From positions 2,464,001 through 2,528,000 of the forward strand of contig CBDBBI010000010.1 of assembly GCA_965202625.1 (NCBI GenBank): DNA of 64,000 nucleotides, given 5' to 3'. This DNA is from a bacterium. Lineage in GTDB: Bacteria; UBA8248. The stretch's first letter is position 1; each line of letters starts with the position of its first letter. Both the position numbers and the translations under genes were made by a program. The notes beneath the pieces are model-generated. The model did no database searches. It was not told where the DNA came from and worked only from the letters and a program-made list of their open reading frames with translations. Shown piece by piece: positions 37,728-48,401 of the stretch.

Positions 37728-40099
37728 CAAACGACGAAATGAAAGGATTTGCTCTTTCACTGGCGAAAGCGGACAAGGAAAAAGAAGTCGTCAAAATCTT
37801 GAAAGAATCGGGATATTGGAATGATGATAGCGCTTGGCGAGAATATGGGGACAATTCAATGAATTTCTCTATTATCGCCAACCAAAGTGGTTTCGCCGAC
37901 CACGCATTGGTGGAAAAACTGATCAATTCAGTGGATGCCGTATTGATGAGAGAGTGTTGGAGTCGGGGGATCGCACCGGATAGTGCAGGTGCCCCGAAGA
38001 ACATTGCCGAGGCGCAAAGAAAATTTTTCGGCATTCGCAACGGCAAGCTATCAAGCATGGATGGAACGCAAAGGGCGAGACTTGCAGACAACATTTTACT
38101 CGTCGCCAGCGGTAGTAAAACGAAGCCCTCATTCTCCATTATAGATAAGGGAGAGGGTCAGACGCCGAATAGTATGCCCAAAACGATACTATCTTTGACC
38201 AAAGAGAACAAAATCAAGATTCCGTTCGTGCAAGGCAAGTTCGGAATGGGTGGAACCGGTGTGTTAAGGTTTTGTAGCTCTGAACATCATTTGCAACTTT
38301 TGATCTCAAAGCGCAATGTAAATATCCGAGATCACGACGAAGATCCGACGAAGGCCTTTTGGGGCGTGACAATCATTAGACAGGAAGAACCCAAAGAGGG
38401 GATGCGTAATTCACACTATACCTACTTGGCTCCAGAGGGGCGGATATTGTCGTTTGAGGCGCGTGCATTGCCTCTGTTGCCAAAAGCTCACCCAAGAGCA
38501 TTTGGCAATCCGCTTGAATCGGGAACATATGTCAAGCTGTATGAATATGAGATAGGCCCACCGCTACCCAGTATAATCGCTTTTGCTTTGTATTATCGTC
38601 TTTCGCTTCTCATGCCTGATGTGGCTTTGCCCATCAGAATGTTTGAACGACGGGACTATGAAGGCCATGCTCACGAAAAAACGCTTGCCGGTTTAAGCGT
38701 GCGTTTGGATGATGATAGAAGCGGCAATCTCGAGCCTGAGTTCCAAAAGCCCAGCACGGGAGAAATAACTATTGATGGGGAAAAATTTAATTATTCCATT
38801 TATGTTTTCAAAAAAGGGAAGAAGGGGAATTATGCAAGAAACGAGGGTATTGTTTTTTCGATAAATGGGCAAGCGCATGGATTTTTGCAAAAGCGATTTT
38901 TTGAGCGCAAAGCAGTGGGGATGTCCTATCTATCCGATAGTATTTTGATAGTGATGGACTGCTCGAAAATATCAAGAAAAATGCAGGAAAAATTATTTAT
39001 GCCCAGTCGGGACCGGCTTGCTCGGACTTCATTTCTGAGCGATATTGAAAAAGAGTTGGAGAGTATCATAAAAACCCACCCTGGACTGAAAGATCTGCAA
39101 AGCAGACGTCGTGAAGAAACACTCTCCGACAAGTTGCGAGATTCCAAACGGCTTGATGATCTCTTAACAGATATCATCAAGAAAGATCCAACCCTTTCAA
39201 ATCTCCTTTTGAATGGCGGCAGAATACCAAACCCTTTCAAGACGAAAGGGTCTGGCACCAGGAAGAAGTTCCAGGGGAAAAAGTTTCCGACTTACTTCGT
39301 TTTAGATAAGAGCTACACGGAGGACAGCCCTAAAGGTTGCGCAATCAACCGGAATTTTAGAGTCCAATATCAGACTGACGCCGAAAATGACTATTTCAAT
39401 CGTGATCAAGATCAGGGAAAATTCACATTGAAACTGGGGGGAAGCGTAATTCGGGGTTCCTCTTTGAATTTATGGAACGGGCTGGCTAGTTTGACTGTAA
39501 ATCTGCCAAAAGTAGATATCGGAGATTTGCGCTGTTTTGAAACGGAAGTGTCTGATATAAGTAAAGTGGAACCTTTTCTAAGCGAGTTCTGGATTCGGGT
39601 AGAAAAAGCAAGTAAGTCGAATAATTCTAACGGAAATGGTAGAAAAGACCCACCAAGCGATGAGGAAGGCGAAAAGCGGCAAAGACAAGCGAATCTTGAT
39701 ATTCCTCAGGTAGTAGAGATACGAGAAGAACGTTGGGAAGAATTCAAGTTCAACAAGGAAAGTTCTTTGCAAGTCAAAGGGACTGGTGAAGGCAATGGAT
39801 ATGATTTTTATGTCAACATGGATAACGTATACTTGAGAAACGAACTTAGTAGAAACGAACTTAAAGGTAATGCCCAGGCCGACTCCAAGATATTAGAGGA
39901 AAGATATAAGACCGGAATGGTTCTTTTGGGTATGTCGCTTCTCCATTTTGACGAAAATCATGCCGAAAATAATAATGGCTCTGACCCAGACCAAAATGGT
40001 GTGTCCGTGTATGATCGCATCTCCGAATTTACGCAAGCCGTATCTCTAGTTCTCCTTCCGATGATTGCATCGTTGGGCACTTTGGAATCCGAGACGTAG
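37724..40099 (+). CDS. Large GHKL (HATPase_c)-fold ATPase of unknown function
   Basis: Bergerat motifs ALVEKLINSVDA, IIDKGEG, QGKFGMGG; low GC. Confidence 0.75.
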   Translation: MTNDEMKGFALSLAKADKEKEVVKILKESGYWNDDSAWREYGDNSMNFSIIANQSGFADHALVEKLINSVDAVLMRECWSRGIAPDSAGAPKNIAEAQRKFFGIRNGKLSSMDGTQRARLADNILLVASGSKTKPSFSIIDKGEGQTPNSMPKTILSLTKENKIKIPFVQGKFGMGGTGVLRFCSSEHHLQLLISKRNVNIRDHDEDPTKAFWGVTIIRQEEPKEGMRNSHYTYLAPEGRILSFEARALPLLPKAHPRAFGNPLESGTYVKLYEYEIGPPLPSIIAFALYYRLSLLMPDVALPIRMFERRDYEGHAHEKTLAGLSVRLDDDRSGNLEPEFQKPSTGEITIDGEKFNYSIYVFKKGKKGNYARNEGIVFSINGQAHGFLQKRFFERKAVGMSYLSDSILIVMDCSKISRKMQEKLFMPSRDRLARTSFLSDIEKELESIIKTHPGLKDLQSRRREETLSDKLRDSKRLDDLLTDIIKKDPTLSNLLLNGGRIPNPFKTKGSGTRKKFQGKKFPTYFVLDKSYTEDSPKGCAINRNFRVQYQTDAENDYFNRDQDQGKFTLKLGGSVIRGSSLNLWNGLASLTVNLPKVDIGDLRCFETEVSDISKVEPFLSEFWIRVEKASKSNNSNGNGRKDPPSDEEGEKRQRQANLDIPQVVEIREERWEEFKFNKESSLQVKGTGEGNGYDFYVNMDNVYLRNELSRNELKGNAQADSKILEERYKTGMVLLGMSLLHFDENHAENNNGSDPDQNGVSVYDRISEFTQAVSLVLLPMIASLGTLESET

Positions 40100-40171
40100 C
40101 CGCTGTAACTATGGTGCACTTTTCCCCGTTTCGACCGGGTGGGGTTTGTTTTTTGAGGAGAGAATGAAGGA

Positions 40172-41557
40172 ATGAGCGGCACAGTGAGCGACGTTGACGC
40201 ATGCACGAAGCGTCTGGAGGTCGCCGTCCCCCGCGCGGAAGTGTCAGAGGAGCTGGATCGCGCCTACAGACGCCTGTCGGGGCGCGTGAAGATGAAGGGC
40301 TTCAGAAAGGGCAAAGTCCCGCGCCACGTGCTCGAGCGCTACTACGGCGAGGAACTGCAGGCGGAGGTGATGAATCACGTGATATCGACTTCTTGCCGAA
40401 GGCTGCTGGCGGACAGGGGGATGCGTCCGGTGGGAGAGCCGAGCGTGACCGACATCAAGATGGAGGACGACGCGCCGGAGCTGACCTACAGGGCGACGGT
40501 GGAGGTCATCCCTCCCTTCGCGCTCGGGCAGTATACGGGGCTTTCGGTGCGGGCGCATCGCCATCAGGTGACGGATGCGCTCGTCGATAAGCAGATCGAG
40601 GCTTTGAGGCGGCGGGCCGCCACGTTCGAGGACGTGGACAGGCTGGCCCAGGAGGGGGACTACGTCCTTTTCGACATTGGGGGCTTCCAGGACGGAAAGG
40701 CCGTCCCCGGGACCGGAGGAGAGAACCAGGCGCTTCTGATCGGCGGAGAGGGGAGCGAGGAGGCGCTGAGCGACGCGCTCGTCGGAATGGGGGGCGGCGA
40801 GGAGAAGGAGATCGAAATCGACGTTCCGGAGAACGCGGCGCCCAACGTCGCGGGCAAGCGCCTGCAATTCCGCATTCGCCTCAAGGAGGTGAAAGAGGCC
40901 CATCCGCCCGCACTGGATGACGATTTCGTCAAATCTCTGGGACGGGGCTATACGCGCATGGAGGATTTGAGGGCGGACGTGGCGAGGGAGATGGAGTCCA
41001 CGGAGGACGCCAACGCGCGAAGCCAGGCGATCTCCGAACTGCTGGGCGCGCTGATCGAAGCGCATCCCTTCCAGGCACCGCCCACGCTCGTGGAAGGCGA
41101 GGCGCAGGCGCAGGTTCGCGAATATGAGCGTCGCCTGCGTCAGGAGAATCCGGAGGCGCAGTTCTCGGAGGGGCGGCTTCAGGAGTTGCGCGAGGAAGCG
41201 CGGCCAGGGGCCGAGCAGAGCGTGCGTCAGCGCATCATCGTGGAGCGCATTCGGGAGGCGGAGAAAATCGAGGCGAGCGAGGAGGAGATTCAGGCGCAGA
41301 TCAACCTCTCCGCCGCGCGCTACGGAATGACGCCCGCCAAGCTCCGCGAGAGGATGGCGACGACCGGGGCGATGACCTCGCTCGTTTCCAACATCAACTA
41401 CAACAAGACGCTGGCCTGGCTCTTTGATCAGGCCAACGTGGAATTTGACGCCCACGACGCCGCCGATCATGACGATCGCGAAGCGGGCGCGCGCAGCTCC
41501 GAAGAAGGGGCGAGTGAGGCGCGCGCATCCGGCGGCGATATGCAAGAGGATGGATGA
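40172..41557 (+). CDS. tig: Trigger factor
   Basis: GFRKGKVP motif; position before clpP-clpX. Confidence 0.95.
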   Translation: MSGTVSDVDACTKRLEVAVPRAEVSEELDRAYRRLSGRVKMKGFRKGKVPRHVLERYYGEELQAEVMNHVISTSCRRLLADRGMRPVGEPSVTDIKMEDDAPELTYRATVEVIPPFALGQYTGLSVRAHRHQVTDALVDKQIEALRRRAATFEDVDRLAQEGDYVLFDIGGFQDGKAVPGTGGENQALLIGGEGSEEALSDALVGMGGGEEKEIEIDVPENAAPNVAGKRLQFRIRLKEVKEAHPPALDDDFVKSLGRGYTRMEDLRADVAREMESTEDANARSQAISELLGALIEAHPFQAPPTLVEGEAQAQVREYERRLRQENPEAQFSEGRLQELREEARPGAEQSVRQRIIVERIREAEKIEASEEEIQAQINLSAARYGMTPAKLRERMATTGAMTSLVSNINYNKTLAWLFDQANVEFDAHDAADHDDREAGARSSEEGASEARASGGDMQEDG

Positions 41558-41560
41558 AAA

Positions 41561-42199
41561 GTGGCTCTCGTACCCATGGTGGTGGAACAGACGAATCGAG
41601 GCGAGCGGGCGTATGATATCTACAGCCGCCTGCTGAAGGAGAGGATCATCTTTCTGGGCACGGCGATAGACGACGTCATCGCGAACCTCGTGACGGCACA
41701 GCTTCTTTTTCTGGAAGCGGAGGAGCCCGACAGGGACATCGCCATGTACGTCAACAGCCCGGGCGGTGCCGTCACGGCGGGCCTGGCCATCTACGACACG
41801 ATCCAATACATCAGCCCCGACGTGTCGACCATCTGCATCGGCCAGGCGGCGAGCATGGGCGCGCTTTTGCTGGCGGCGGGCGCCAAGGGAAAGCGCTACG
41901 CTCTGCCCAACTCGCGCATTCTGATTCATCAGCCCCTGGGCGGCGTGCAGGGGCAGGCGAGCGACATCGACATTCAGGCGCGCGAGATTCTCCGCATGAA
42001 GGAGGAGCTCAACGAAATTCTCGCGAGGCACACCGGCCAGACTCTCGAGCGGATTGGGAAAGACACCGATCGGGATAATTTCATGACGGCCGAGCAGGCG
42101 CGGGCCTACGGCCTGCTTGACGACGTGATCGTCTCGCGCAAGGACGCGTCGGGTAAAAAACCGGGCGCGAGGGGAGACGAGGAGAAAAACGGCTCCTAG
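41561..42199 (+). CDS. clpP: ATP-dependent Clp protease proteolytic subunit
   Basis: [29 protein letters not shown]. Confidence 0.97.
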   Translation: MALVPMVVEQTNRGERAYDIYSRLLKERIIFLGTAIDDVIANLVTAQLLFLEAEEPDRDIAMYVNSPGGAVTAGLAIYDTIQYISPDVSTICIGQAASMGALLLAAGAKGKRYALPNSRILIHQPLGGVQGQASDIDIQAREILRMKEELNEILARHTGQTLERIGKDTDRDNFMTAEQARAYGLLDDVIVSRKDASGKKPGARGDEEKNGS

Positions 42200-42253
42200 C
42201 CAGGGGGCTGGTATCGCGCGGCAAAGCGCTCTTCTCCGAAGGGAGGATGTTCG

Positions 42254-43498
42254 ATGGCGAGGCGGGTTTCAGACAAAAAAGACGCTCTGCGCTGCTCGTT
42301 CTGCGGAAAAAGCCAGGAGGAGGTGAAGAAGCTCATCGCGGGACCGCACGTTTATATTTGCGATGAGTGCGTGGAGCTGTGCCAGGAAATCATGATGGAG
42401 GAGTGGAGCGAGGAGCGCAAGCGCGAGGGCAAACCCCTTCTGAAGCCCACCGAGATCAAGGCGATACTTGATGAGCACATCGTGGGGCAGGAGAAGGCGA
42501 AAAAATCCCTCTCCGTCGCCGTCTATAACCACTACCGGCGGGTGGACACGCCCGTCGGCCTGCTGCACGACGTGGAGCTGCAAAAAAGCAACATTCTGCT
42601 CATCGGCCCCACCGGCTCCGGCAAGACGCTCATGGCGCAAACCCTGGCGCGCCTGCTGGACGTGCCCTTCGTGATCGTTGACGCGACGACGCTCACCGAG
42701 GCCGGCTACGTGGGCGAGGACGTGGAGAACGTCATTCTCAAGCTCCTCCAGGCGGCCGATTTCGACGTGGCGAAAGCCGAGCGCGGCATCATCTATATTG
42801 ACGAGATCGACAAGATCAGCCGAAAGAGCGAGAACCCCTCCATCACCAGGGACGTTTCCGGCGAGGGCGTCCAGCAGGCCCTGCTCAAGGTCATCGAGGG
42901 GACGGTGGCCAACGTGCCGCCCCAGGGGGGGAGAAAGCACCCCCATCAGGAGTTTCTGCGCGTGGATACCGCGAACATCCTATTCATCGGCGGCGGGGCG
43001 TTCGTGGGTCTCGAAGCCATCATCAAGAAGAGGGTGGGCCGAAACGAAATCGGGTTCGAGGCCAGCGTGCGGAGCGCGGCGGATGAGTCGCTGAGCGAAC
43101 TGCTCGCCCGGGTGACTTCTGAGGACCTGCTGAAATACGGCTTGATTCCTGAGTTCGTGGGCCGTCTGCCGGTGGTGGCCACCCTGAGTGATTTGGACCA
43201 GGAGGCGCTCGTGAGCATCCTGACCAAGCCGAAAAACGCCCTTGTGAAGCAATACAGCAAGCTCGTGGAGTTCGAGAACGTCTCCCTGCAATTCACCGAG
43301 GACGCGCTCGTCGCCATCGCCGCCAAAGCCCTGGAGCGCAAAACGGGCGCGCGCGGGCTGCGCTCCATCATTGAGGATTTGCTGCTCGACACGATGTATG
43401 AGCTGCCGGGCATGGCGGGCGTCAAGGAAGTCATCATCAACGAAAACGTGGTGGTCCGAAAGGAGAGGCCGCTGCTGGTCTATGAGAAGGCGAGCTAG
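42254..43498 (+). CDS. clpX: Clp protease ATP-binding subunit
   Basis: CSFCGKS zinc finger, [27 protein letters not shown] loop. Confidence 0.97.
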   Translation: MARRVSDKKDALRCSFCGKSQEEVKKLIAGPHVYICDECVELCQEIMMEEWSEERKREGKPLLKPTEIKAILDEHIVGQEKAKKSLSVAVYNHYRRVDTPVGLLHDVELQKSNILLIGPTGSGKTLMAQTLARLLDVPFVIVDATTLTEAGYVGEDVENVILKLLQAADFDVAKAERGIIYIDEIDKISRKSENPSITRDVSGEGVQQALLKVIEGTVANVPPQGGRKHPHQEFLRVDTANILFIGGGAFVGLEAIIKKRVGRNEIGFEASVRSAADESLSELLARVTSEDLLKYGLIPEFVGRLPVVATLSDLDQEALVSILTKPKNALVKQYSKLVEFENVSLQFTEDALVAIAAKALERKTGARGLRSIIEDLLLDTMYELPGMAGVKEVIINENVVVRKERPLLVYEKAS

Positions 43499-43626
43499 CG
43501 CGAGCCTCCTCCTCTCTTGTTCCATTGGGACTCCTCGCTCCTTTCGAGGATGCGCGCCGCGCGCCTTGTGGTGCCGTGTTGGTTTTTTTGAGGAAAAACG
43601 CTATTTTCACGAGCGTGCGGGGCGCG

Positions 43627-43655
43627 TTGACAATGCGAGGGACGCCCCATATCAT
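43627..43655 (+). promoter_or_regulatory. Putative sigma70 promoter for tRNA-Val/thrS
   Basis: TTGACA-17 bp-TATCAT. Confidence 0.7.
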
Positions 43656-43671
43656 TTCAGAATACCGAAGA

Positions 43672-43746
43672 AGGCGCGTAGCTCAGGGGGAGAGCGCTTG
43701 CTTGACACGCAAGAGGTCGGCGGTTCAAAACCGCCCGCGCCTACCA
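43672..43746 (+). tRNA. tRNA-Val (GAC)
   Basis: AGGCGCG/CGCGCCT acceptor stem, CTTGC-TTGACAC-GCAAG anticodon arm, encoded CCA. Confidence 0.95.
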
Positions 43747-43846
43747 TGATGCAATGGCCGATGCGGGGCGCGCTTGCGCCGCCTCGTGAGGCTTGATGGT
43801 GCGAGGAACTTCGAGAGGAGCTTGCGGCGCTATCGAACGCCCGTCC

Positions 43847-45724
43847 ATGTCCCAGCGAACGGATCAGAAAGACTTCCCCCAAAACGCGGTCGCGCGCAAA
43901 CTGGGCGGCGCGCCCGTTGACCTGAATCGCCTTCTCCCTGACGATGCCGCGCCGGAGTTCATCCTTCTCGATTCCGAGGAGGGTTTGGAGATTCTGCGTC
44001 ACAGCACCGCGCACCTCATGGCCCAGGCGGTGCGGGAGCTGTATCCGGGCGCGCGGCTCGCCATCGGCCCCCCCATCGAAAACGGGTTTTACTACGACAT
44101 TGACGTGGACGTCGCCTTCACCCCCGATGATTTGAAGAAGATCGAAGGGAGGATGCGAGAGCTCGCCAAAAAGAAATACGCCATCGAGCGCGAGGACGTC
44201 TCCCGCCCCGACGCGCTGGCGCTTTTCAAGGCGAGGGACGAGAGCTACAAGATAGAGATGATTCATGAATTGCCCGAAGATGAGGCGCTTTCGGTCTATC
44301 GCCAGGGCGATTTCGTGGACCTGTGCCGGGGGCCGCATGCGCCCCATACGGGAATGCTGCGGCATTTCAGGCTTCTCAGCGTGGCGGGCGCCTACTGGCG
44401 CGGAGACGAGAACAACAGGATGCTCCAGCGCATCTATGGCACCGCCTTCGCCACGAAGGAGGACCTGAAAGCCCACCTGGAGAGGCTGGAGGACGCCCGA
44501 AAGAGGGATCACCGCCTCCTCGGCAAACAACTCGGCATATTCCTGGTGGACGAGAGCGCGGGCGGGGGCCTGATTTACTGGCAGCCCCGGGGCGCGACGG
44601 TGAAGCGGGTGATCGAGCGTTTTTGGGAGGATGAGCACGTCAAGCGCGGCTACGCGCTCGTCTCCATCCCCCACATCGCGCGGGACGCGCTCTTCAGAAC
44701 TTCGGGCCACTACGATTTTTATCGGGAAAACATGTATGTCCTGAACGTTGACGAGGACGAATACGTCCTCAAGCCGATGAACTGCCCGGGCCACATTCTG
44801 ATCTATCAGCAGAAAATCCACAGCTACCGCGACCTGCCCTACCGCCTGGCGGAGCTGGGCACGGTGTATCGCTACGAGCGCAGCGGCGCGTTGCACGGAA
44901 TGCTCCGCGTGCGGGGCTTCACCCAGGACGACGCGCACATCTTCTGCACGCCGGAACAGGCGGAGGCGGAGGTACTGGGCGTCATCGATCTGGCGCACTT
45001 CATGCTGCGGACCTACGGCTACGAGGATTTTGAAACCGAGCTTTCTGTGCATGACGCCGCCGATTTCAGCAAATACGCGGGCGCGCCCGCCGATTGGGAA
45101 GCGGCGGAGGCCGCTCTGGGAGAAGCCCTGGAGAAGAGGGACATCGCCTATAAGCGCATCGAGGGCGAGGCGGCGTTCTACGGACCGAAAATCGACATCA
45201 AGATGCGCGACGCCCTGGGCCGGGGCTGGCAGGGGCCCACCATCCAGTTCGACTTCAACCTGCCCCAGCGCTTTGACCTGAACTACGTCGGCGCGGACGG
45301 CGGACGCCACAAGGTCGTCATGATCCACAGGACCGTGATGGGTTCGATGGAGCGTTTCGTGGGCGGGCTGCTGGAGCATTACGCGGGCGCGTTTCCTCCG
45401 TGGCTCGCGCCCGAGCAGGCGCGCGTCATGACGATCACCGACGGTCACGTTCCCTACGGCCGAAAGGTGGAGGAGCGGCTGCGCGCCGGCGGCTTTCGCG
45501 TGGAGGGAGACTTCCGAAACGAGAAGATAGGGTATAAGATCAGGGAAGCCCAGAGAGATAAAATACCGTATATGCTCATCCTCGGCGCACGCGAGGCGGA
45601 GAGGGGCGAGGTCGCCCTGAGACTTCTCGGGCAAGGCGACGTGGGCGCCATCCCACTGGAGGAACTTATGGAGAGAATCCGAAACGACGTTGAGAAGAAA
45701 TCCCTCACGGCGGGGGCGAGCTGA
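43847..45724 (+). CDS. thrS: Threonine--tRNA ligase
   Basis: LRHSTAHLMAQAV, DLCRGPH, RDHRLLGK, KPMNCPGH, AFYGPKID. Confidence 0.97.
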   Translation: MSQRTDQKDFPQNAVARKLGGAPVDLNRLLPDDAAPEFILLDSEEGLEILRHSTAHLMAQAVRELYPGARLAIGPPIENGFYYDIDVDVAFTPDDLKKIEGRMRELAKKKYAIEREDVSRPDALALFKARDESYKIEMIHELPEDEALSVYRQGDFVDLCRGPHAPHTGMLRHFRLLSVAGAYWRGDENNRMLQRIYGTAFATKEDLKAHLERLEDARKRDHRLLGKQLGIFLVDESAGGGLIYWQPRGATVKRVIERFWEDEHVKRGYALVSIPHIARDALFRTSGHYDFYRENMYVLNVDEDEYVLKPMNCPGHILIYQQKIHSYRDLPYRLAELGTVYRYERSGALHGMLRVRGFTQDDAHIFCTPEQAEAEVLGVIDLAHFMLRTYGYEDFETELSVHDAADFSKYAGAPADWEAAEAALGEALEKRDIAYKRIEGEAAFYGPKIDIKMRDALGRGWQGPTIQFDFNLPQRFDLNYVGADGGRHKVVMIHRTVMGSMERFVGGLLEHYAGAFPPWLAPEQARVMTITDGHVPYGRKVEERLRAGGFRVEGDFRNEKIGYKIREAQRDKIPYMLILGAREAERGEVALRLLGQGDVGAIPLEELMERIRNDVEKKSLTAGAS

Positions 45725-45725
45725 T

Positions 45726-46454
45726 ATGGCGTCGCGCTTCAGGGGACGAGACATTCATCCGACCCCCACCGGCCCCAGAGCCAATCGGGACATTCGCTCT
45801 CCGATGGTGAGGGTCATTGACGAGGAGGGCCAGCAGCTCGGCGTGCTCACCGCGGAGGAGGCGGTCGAGGCTGCCGAGGAGCGGGATTTGGACCTTGTGG
45901 AAGTGTCTCCCAACGCGGATCCGCCCGTCTGCAAGATCATGGACTTGGGCCGCTACAAGTATATGCTGCAGAAGAAGGCCCAGGAGGCCAAAAAAAAGCA
46001 GCGCGTCGTGGAGGTGAAGGAGGTCAAGCTGCGCATCAAGATTGAAGAGCACGATTACGCGATCAAGAGAAAGCACGCGGAGCGGTTTTTGAACGATGGG
46101 AACAAGGCGAAGGTCACCATCATGTTTCGCGGGCGGGAGGTGACGCATCCGGACCTGGGCCGGAAACTCCTGGAGCGCATGGCGAACGATCTGCTGGAAA
46201 TCGGCACGGTGGAGCAGTTTCCGAACCTGGAGGGCCGCAACATGACGATGGTTCTCGCGCCGAAATCGACAAAGCCGCCGAAAAAGGATACAACGCCGAG
46301 GAGGAAGTCGGCCAAAAGGATGGACGCTCCGGCGGAGGGGGAAAAACTGACGGCGCCCCTCGCCGAGGCGTTGCGAGAGGCGCAAGTCCAGGTGCGCCCG
46401 GCGAACGGGGCGGAGGACGAGAAACCCCAGGGAGAGGCGAGAGAAGATGCCTAA
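45726..46454 (+). CDS. infC: Translation initiation factor IF-3
   Basis: [29 protein letters not shown]; start uncertain. Confidence 0.95.
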   Translation: MASRFRGRDIHPTPTGPRANRDIRSPMVRVIDEEGQQLGVLTAEEAVEAAEERDLDLVEVSPNADPPVCKIMDLGRYKYMLQKKAQEAKKKQRVVEVKEVKLRIKIEEHDYAIKRKHAERFLNDGNKAKVTIMFRGREVTHPDLGRKLLERMANDLLEIGTVEQFPNLEGRNMTMVLAPKSTKPPKKDTTPRRKSAKRMDAPAEGEKLTAPLAEALREAQVQVRPANGAEDEKPQGEAREDA

Positions 46455-46644
46455 GATCAAGACGAACCGAGGGGCGGCCAAGCGCTTCAAATTGACCGCC
46501 AAGGGCAAGGTGAAGCGCGCCCGTTCCCATCACCGTCATATTCTGACGAAGAAGACGACGAAAAGAAAAAGGGAACTTCGACACGGCGTCATAGCGAACT
46601 CCACGGACGCGAAGATGATCAAGCGGCTGATACCCTATATGTAG
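46447..46644 (+). CDS. rpmI: 50S ribosomal protein L35
   Basis: [21 protein letters not shown]. Confidence 0.97.
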   Translation: MPKIKTNRGAAKRFKLTAKGKVKRARSHHRHILTKKTTKRKRELRHGVIANSTDAKMIKRLIPYM

Positions 46645-46818
46645 ATTTTTCGCATCGACGGACGCGCGAGGAGGGCACCGCTCGTCTTTTTCGCGCCTCT
46701 GGGCTTGCGCTCCTCCCCCGTGGCGGGTATATTCCCCACCTTGGGCGGCGGGGAGTATTCACGCGGGCCGGGCTTTGTGGAACGAATGGGAATCATCGAA
46801 CCTGGGAGTATATGAATT

Positions 46819-47172
46819 ATGCCGCGCGCGACAGGAAAACCGGCGTCCAGAGAGCGACATCGCAGGCTTCTCAAGGAGGCGAAGGGCTTCAGGGGCGCCC
46901 GATCGAAGCGGTATCGCTCCGCTCGTGAGACCGTCCACCGCGCCCGCGCCTACGCTTACCGGGATCGCCGGGTGCGCAAGCGCGAGTTCAGGCGCCTTTG
47001 GAACGTGCGCATCAACGCGGCGGCGCGCCTGCACGGCCTCAACTACAGCCGCTTCATCTGGGGGCTGGGCCAGGCGGGGGTGGAGGTGAACCGCAAGATT
47101 TTGGCGGAGTTGGCGGTTTCCGACCCCCAGGCTTTCGGCAAACTCGTGGAAATCGCGCGGGCACAGGCCTAG
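46819..47172 (+). CDS. rplT: 50S ribosomal protein L20
   Basis: [33 protein letters not shown]. Confidence 0.97.
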   Translation: MPRATGKPASRERHRRLLKEAKGFRGARSKRYRSARETVHRARAYAYRDRRVRKREFRRLWNVRINAAARLHGLNYSRFIWGLGQAGVEVNRKILAELAVSDPQAFGKLVEIARAQA

Positions 47173-47195
47173 AATCCAGCGAGAGGACGCGCGCG

Positions 47196-47227
47196 GGCTC
47201 CGCCCTCCGGGGGGCGGGGCTTTTTTT
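47196..47227 (+). terminator. Rho-independent terminator/attenuator between rplT and pheS
   Basis: GCTCCGCCC-TCCGG-GGGCGGGGC followed by a T tract. Confidence 0.7.
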
Positions 47228-47253
47228 GTAAAAGCGCAGGAGATGGAGAAGGC

Positions 47254-48366
47254 ATGAGCGAGAACCTCCTGATGGACATCGTTCTTGAGGCGTCGGGCGC
47301 CCTCTCTGAAGCCTGGAGTGCGCGCGACGCGCAAGCCGCTGAGGACGCGCGCATCCGCTATCTGGGCCGCAAGGGCGGCATGCTCAACCAGGTGATGCGG
47401 GGCCTGAAGGATTTATCCGGAGAGGAGAAGCGCGTCGTCGGCCCGCTGGCCCATGCGGTGCGCACCTACGTGGAGGCCAGCGTTTCGGCCGTCAAGGAGG
47501 GCGATGCGGAGAGGATCGTCGAGGCGCATCGCGCCCTGGGCGACGCGCTCAGGGGAAGGGAAAGCGGCGAGGCGCTGGGCGAGAGGCTCGGGCGGATGGC
47601 GGATGAGATTCTCGGCCTCGGTGCCGCCCCGTCTTCTGCGCCCCCCCGCGTTGACCTCACGATTCCCGGACGCGCCCCCCGCATCGGTCATGAACATCCG
47701 CTGATGCAGACGATGGCGGATCTCATCGACGCGCTCACGCGCCTGGGCTATTCTGTGGCGGATGGTCCGGAGGCGGAGCTCGATTATTATAATTTTGAGG
47801 CGCTGAACATCCCTCCGGACCACCCGGCGCGGGACATGCAGGATACCTTCTATCTTGAGGGGGGCGCCCTGCTGCGCACGCACACGTCGCCTGTGCAGAT
47901 TCGCGTCATGGAGGCGCAGGCCCCGCCCGTGAAGGTCATCGCCCCCGGCAAGGTGTTTCGCTGCGACGCCGACGTGACGCACGCGCCCATGTTTCACCAA
48001 ATCGAGGGTTTGTACGTGGACAAGGACGTGTCCTTCGCCGACCTCAAGGGGACGCTGGAAGCCTTCGTGCGTGAAATTTTCGGGCCGGATTACCGGGTGC
48101 GCCTCAGACCCAGTTTTTTCCCCTTCACGGAGCCGAGCGTCGAGGTGGACATCGCCGGCGACTATCTGGCCGGCGGGGAATGGATGGAGGTTCTGGGCGC
48201 CGGTATGGTGGACCCCGCCGTGTTCGAGGCCGTGGGCTACGACCCGGAGGAGTGGAGCGGGTTCGCCTGGGGCCTGGGCGTGGAGCGTATCGCCATGCTG
48301 CGCTATGGCGTCAGCGACATCCGTCTTTTCTTTGAAAACGATCTGAGAATGTTGCGGCAATTCTGA
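47254..48366 (+). CDS. pheS: Phenylalanine--tRNA ligase alpha subunit
   Basis: [30 protein letters not shown]. Confidence 0.97.
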   Translation: MSENLLMDIVLEASGALSEAWSARDAQAAEDARIRYLGRKGGMLNQVMRGLKDLSGEEKRVVGPLAHAVRTYVEASVSAVKEGDAERIVEAHRALGDALRGRESGEALGERLGRMADEILGLGAAPSSAPPRVDLTIPGRAPRIGHEHPLMQTMADLIDALTRLGYSVADGPEAELDYYNFEALNIPPDHPARDMQDTFYLEGGALLRTHTSPVQIRVMEAQAPPVKVIAPGKVFRCDADVTHAPMFHQIEGLYVDKDVSFADLKGTLEAFVREIFGPDYRVRLRPSFFPFTEPSVEVDIAGDYLAGGEWMEVLGAGMVDPAVFEAVGYDPEEWSGFAWGLGVERIAMLRYGVSDIRLFFENDLRMLRQF

Positions 48367-48401
48367 TGTTTGGCGCAGGAGGTGCGCGATGAGGAGCCCT
48401 G

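Noticed and set aside
43672-43846. Island inserted at tRNA-Val
   Set aside because: Directly followed by thrS; no att duplication or composition shift.
45726-45760. Atypical ATG start of infC
   Set aside because: Both an ATG and a downstream in-frame ATT are plausible; cannot be resolved from sequence.
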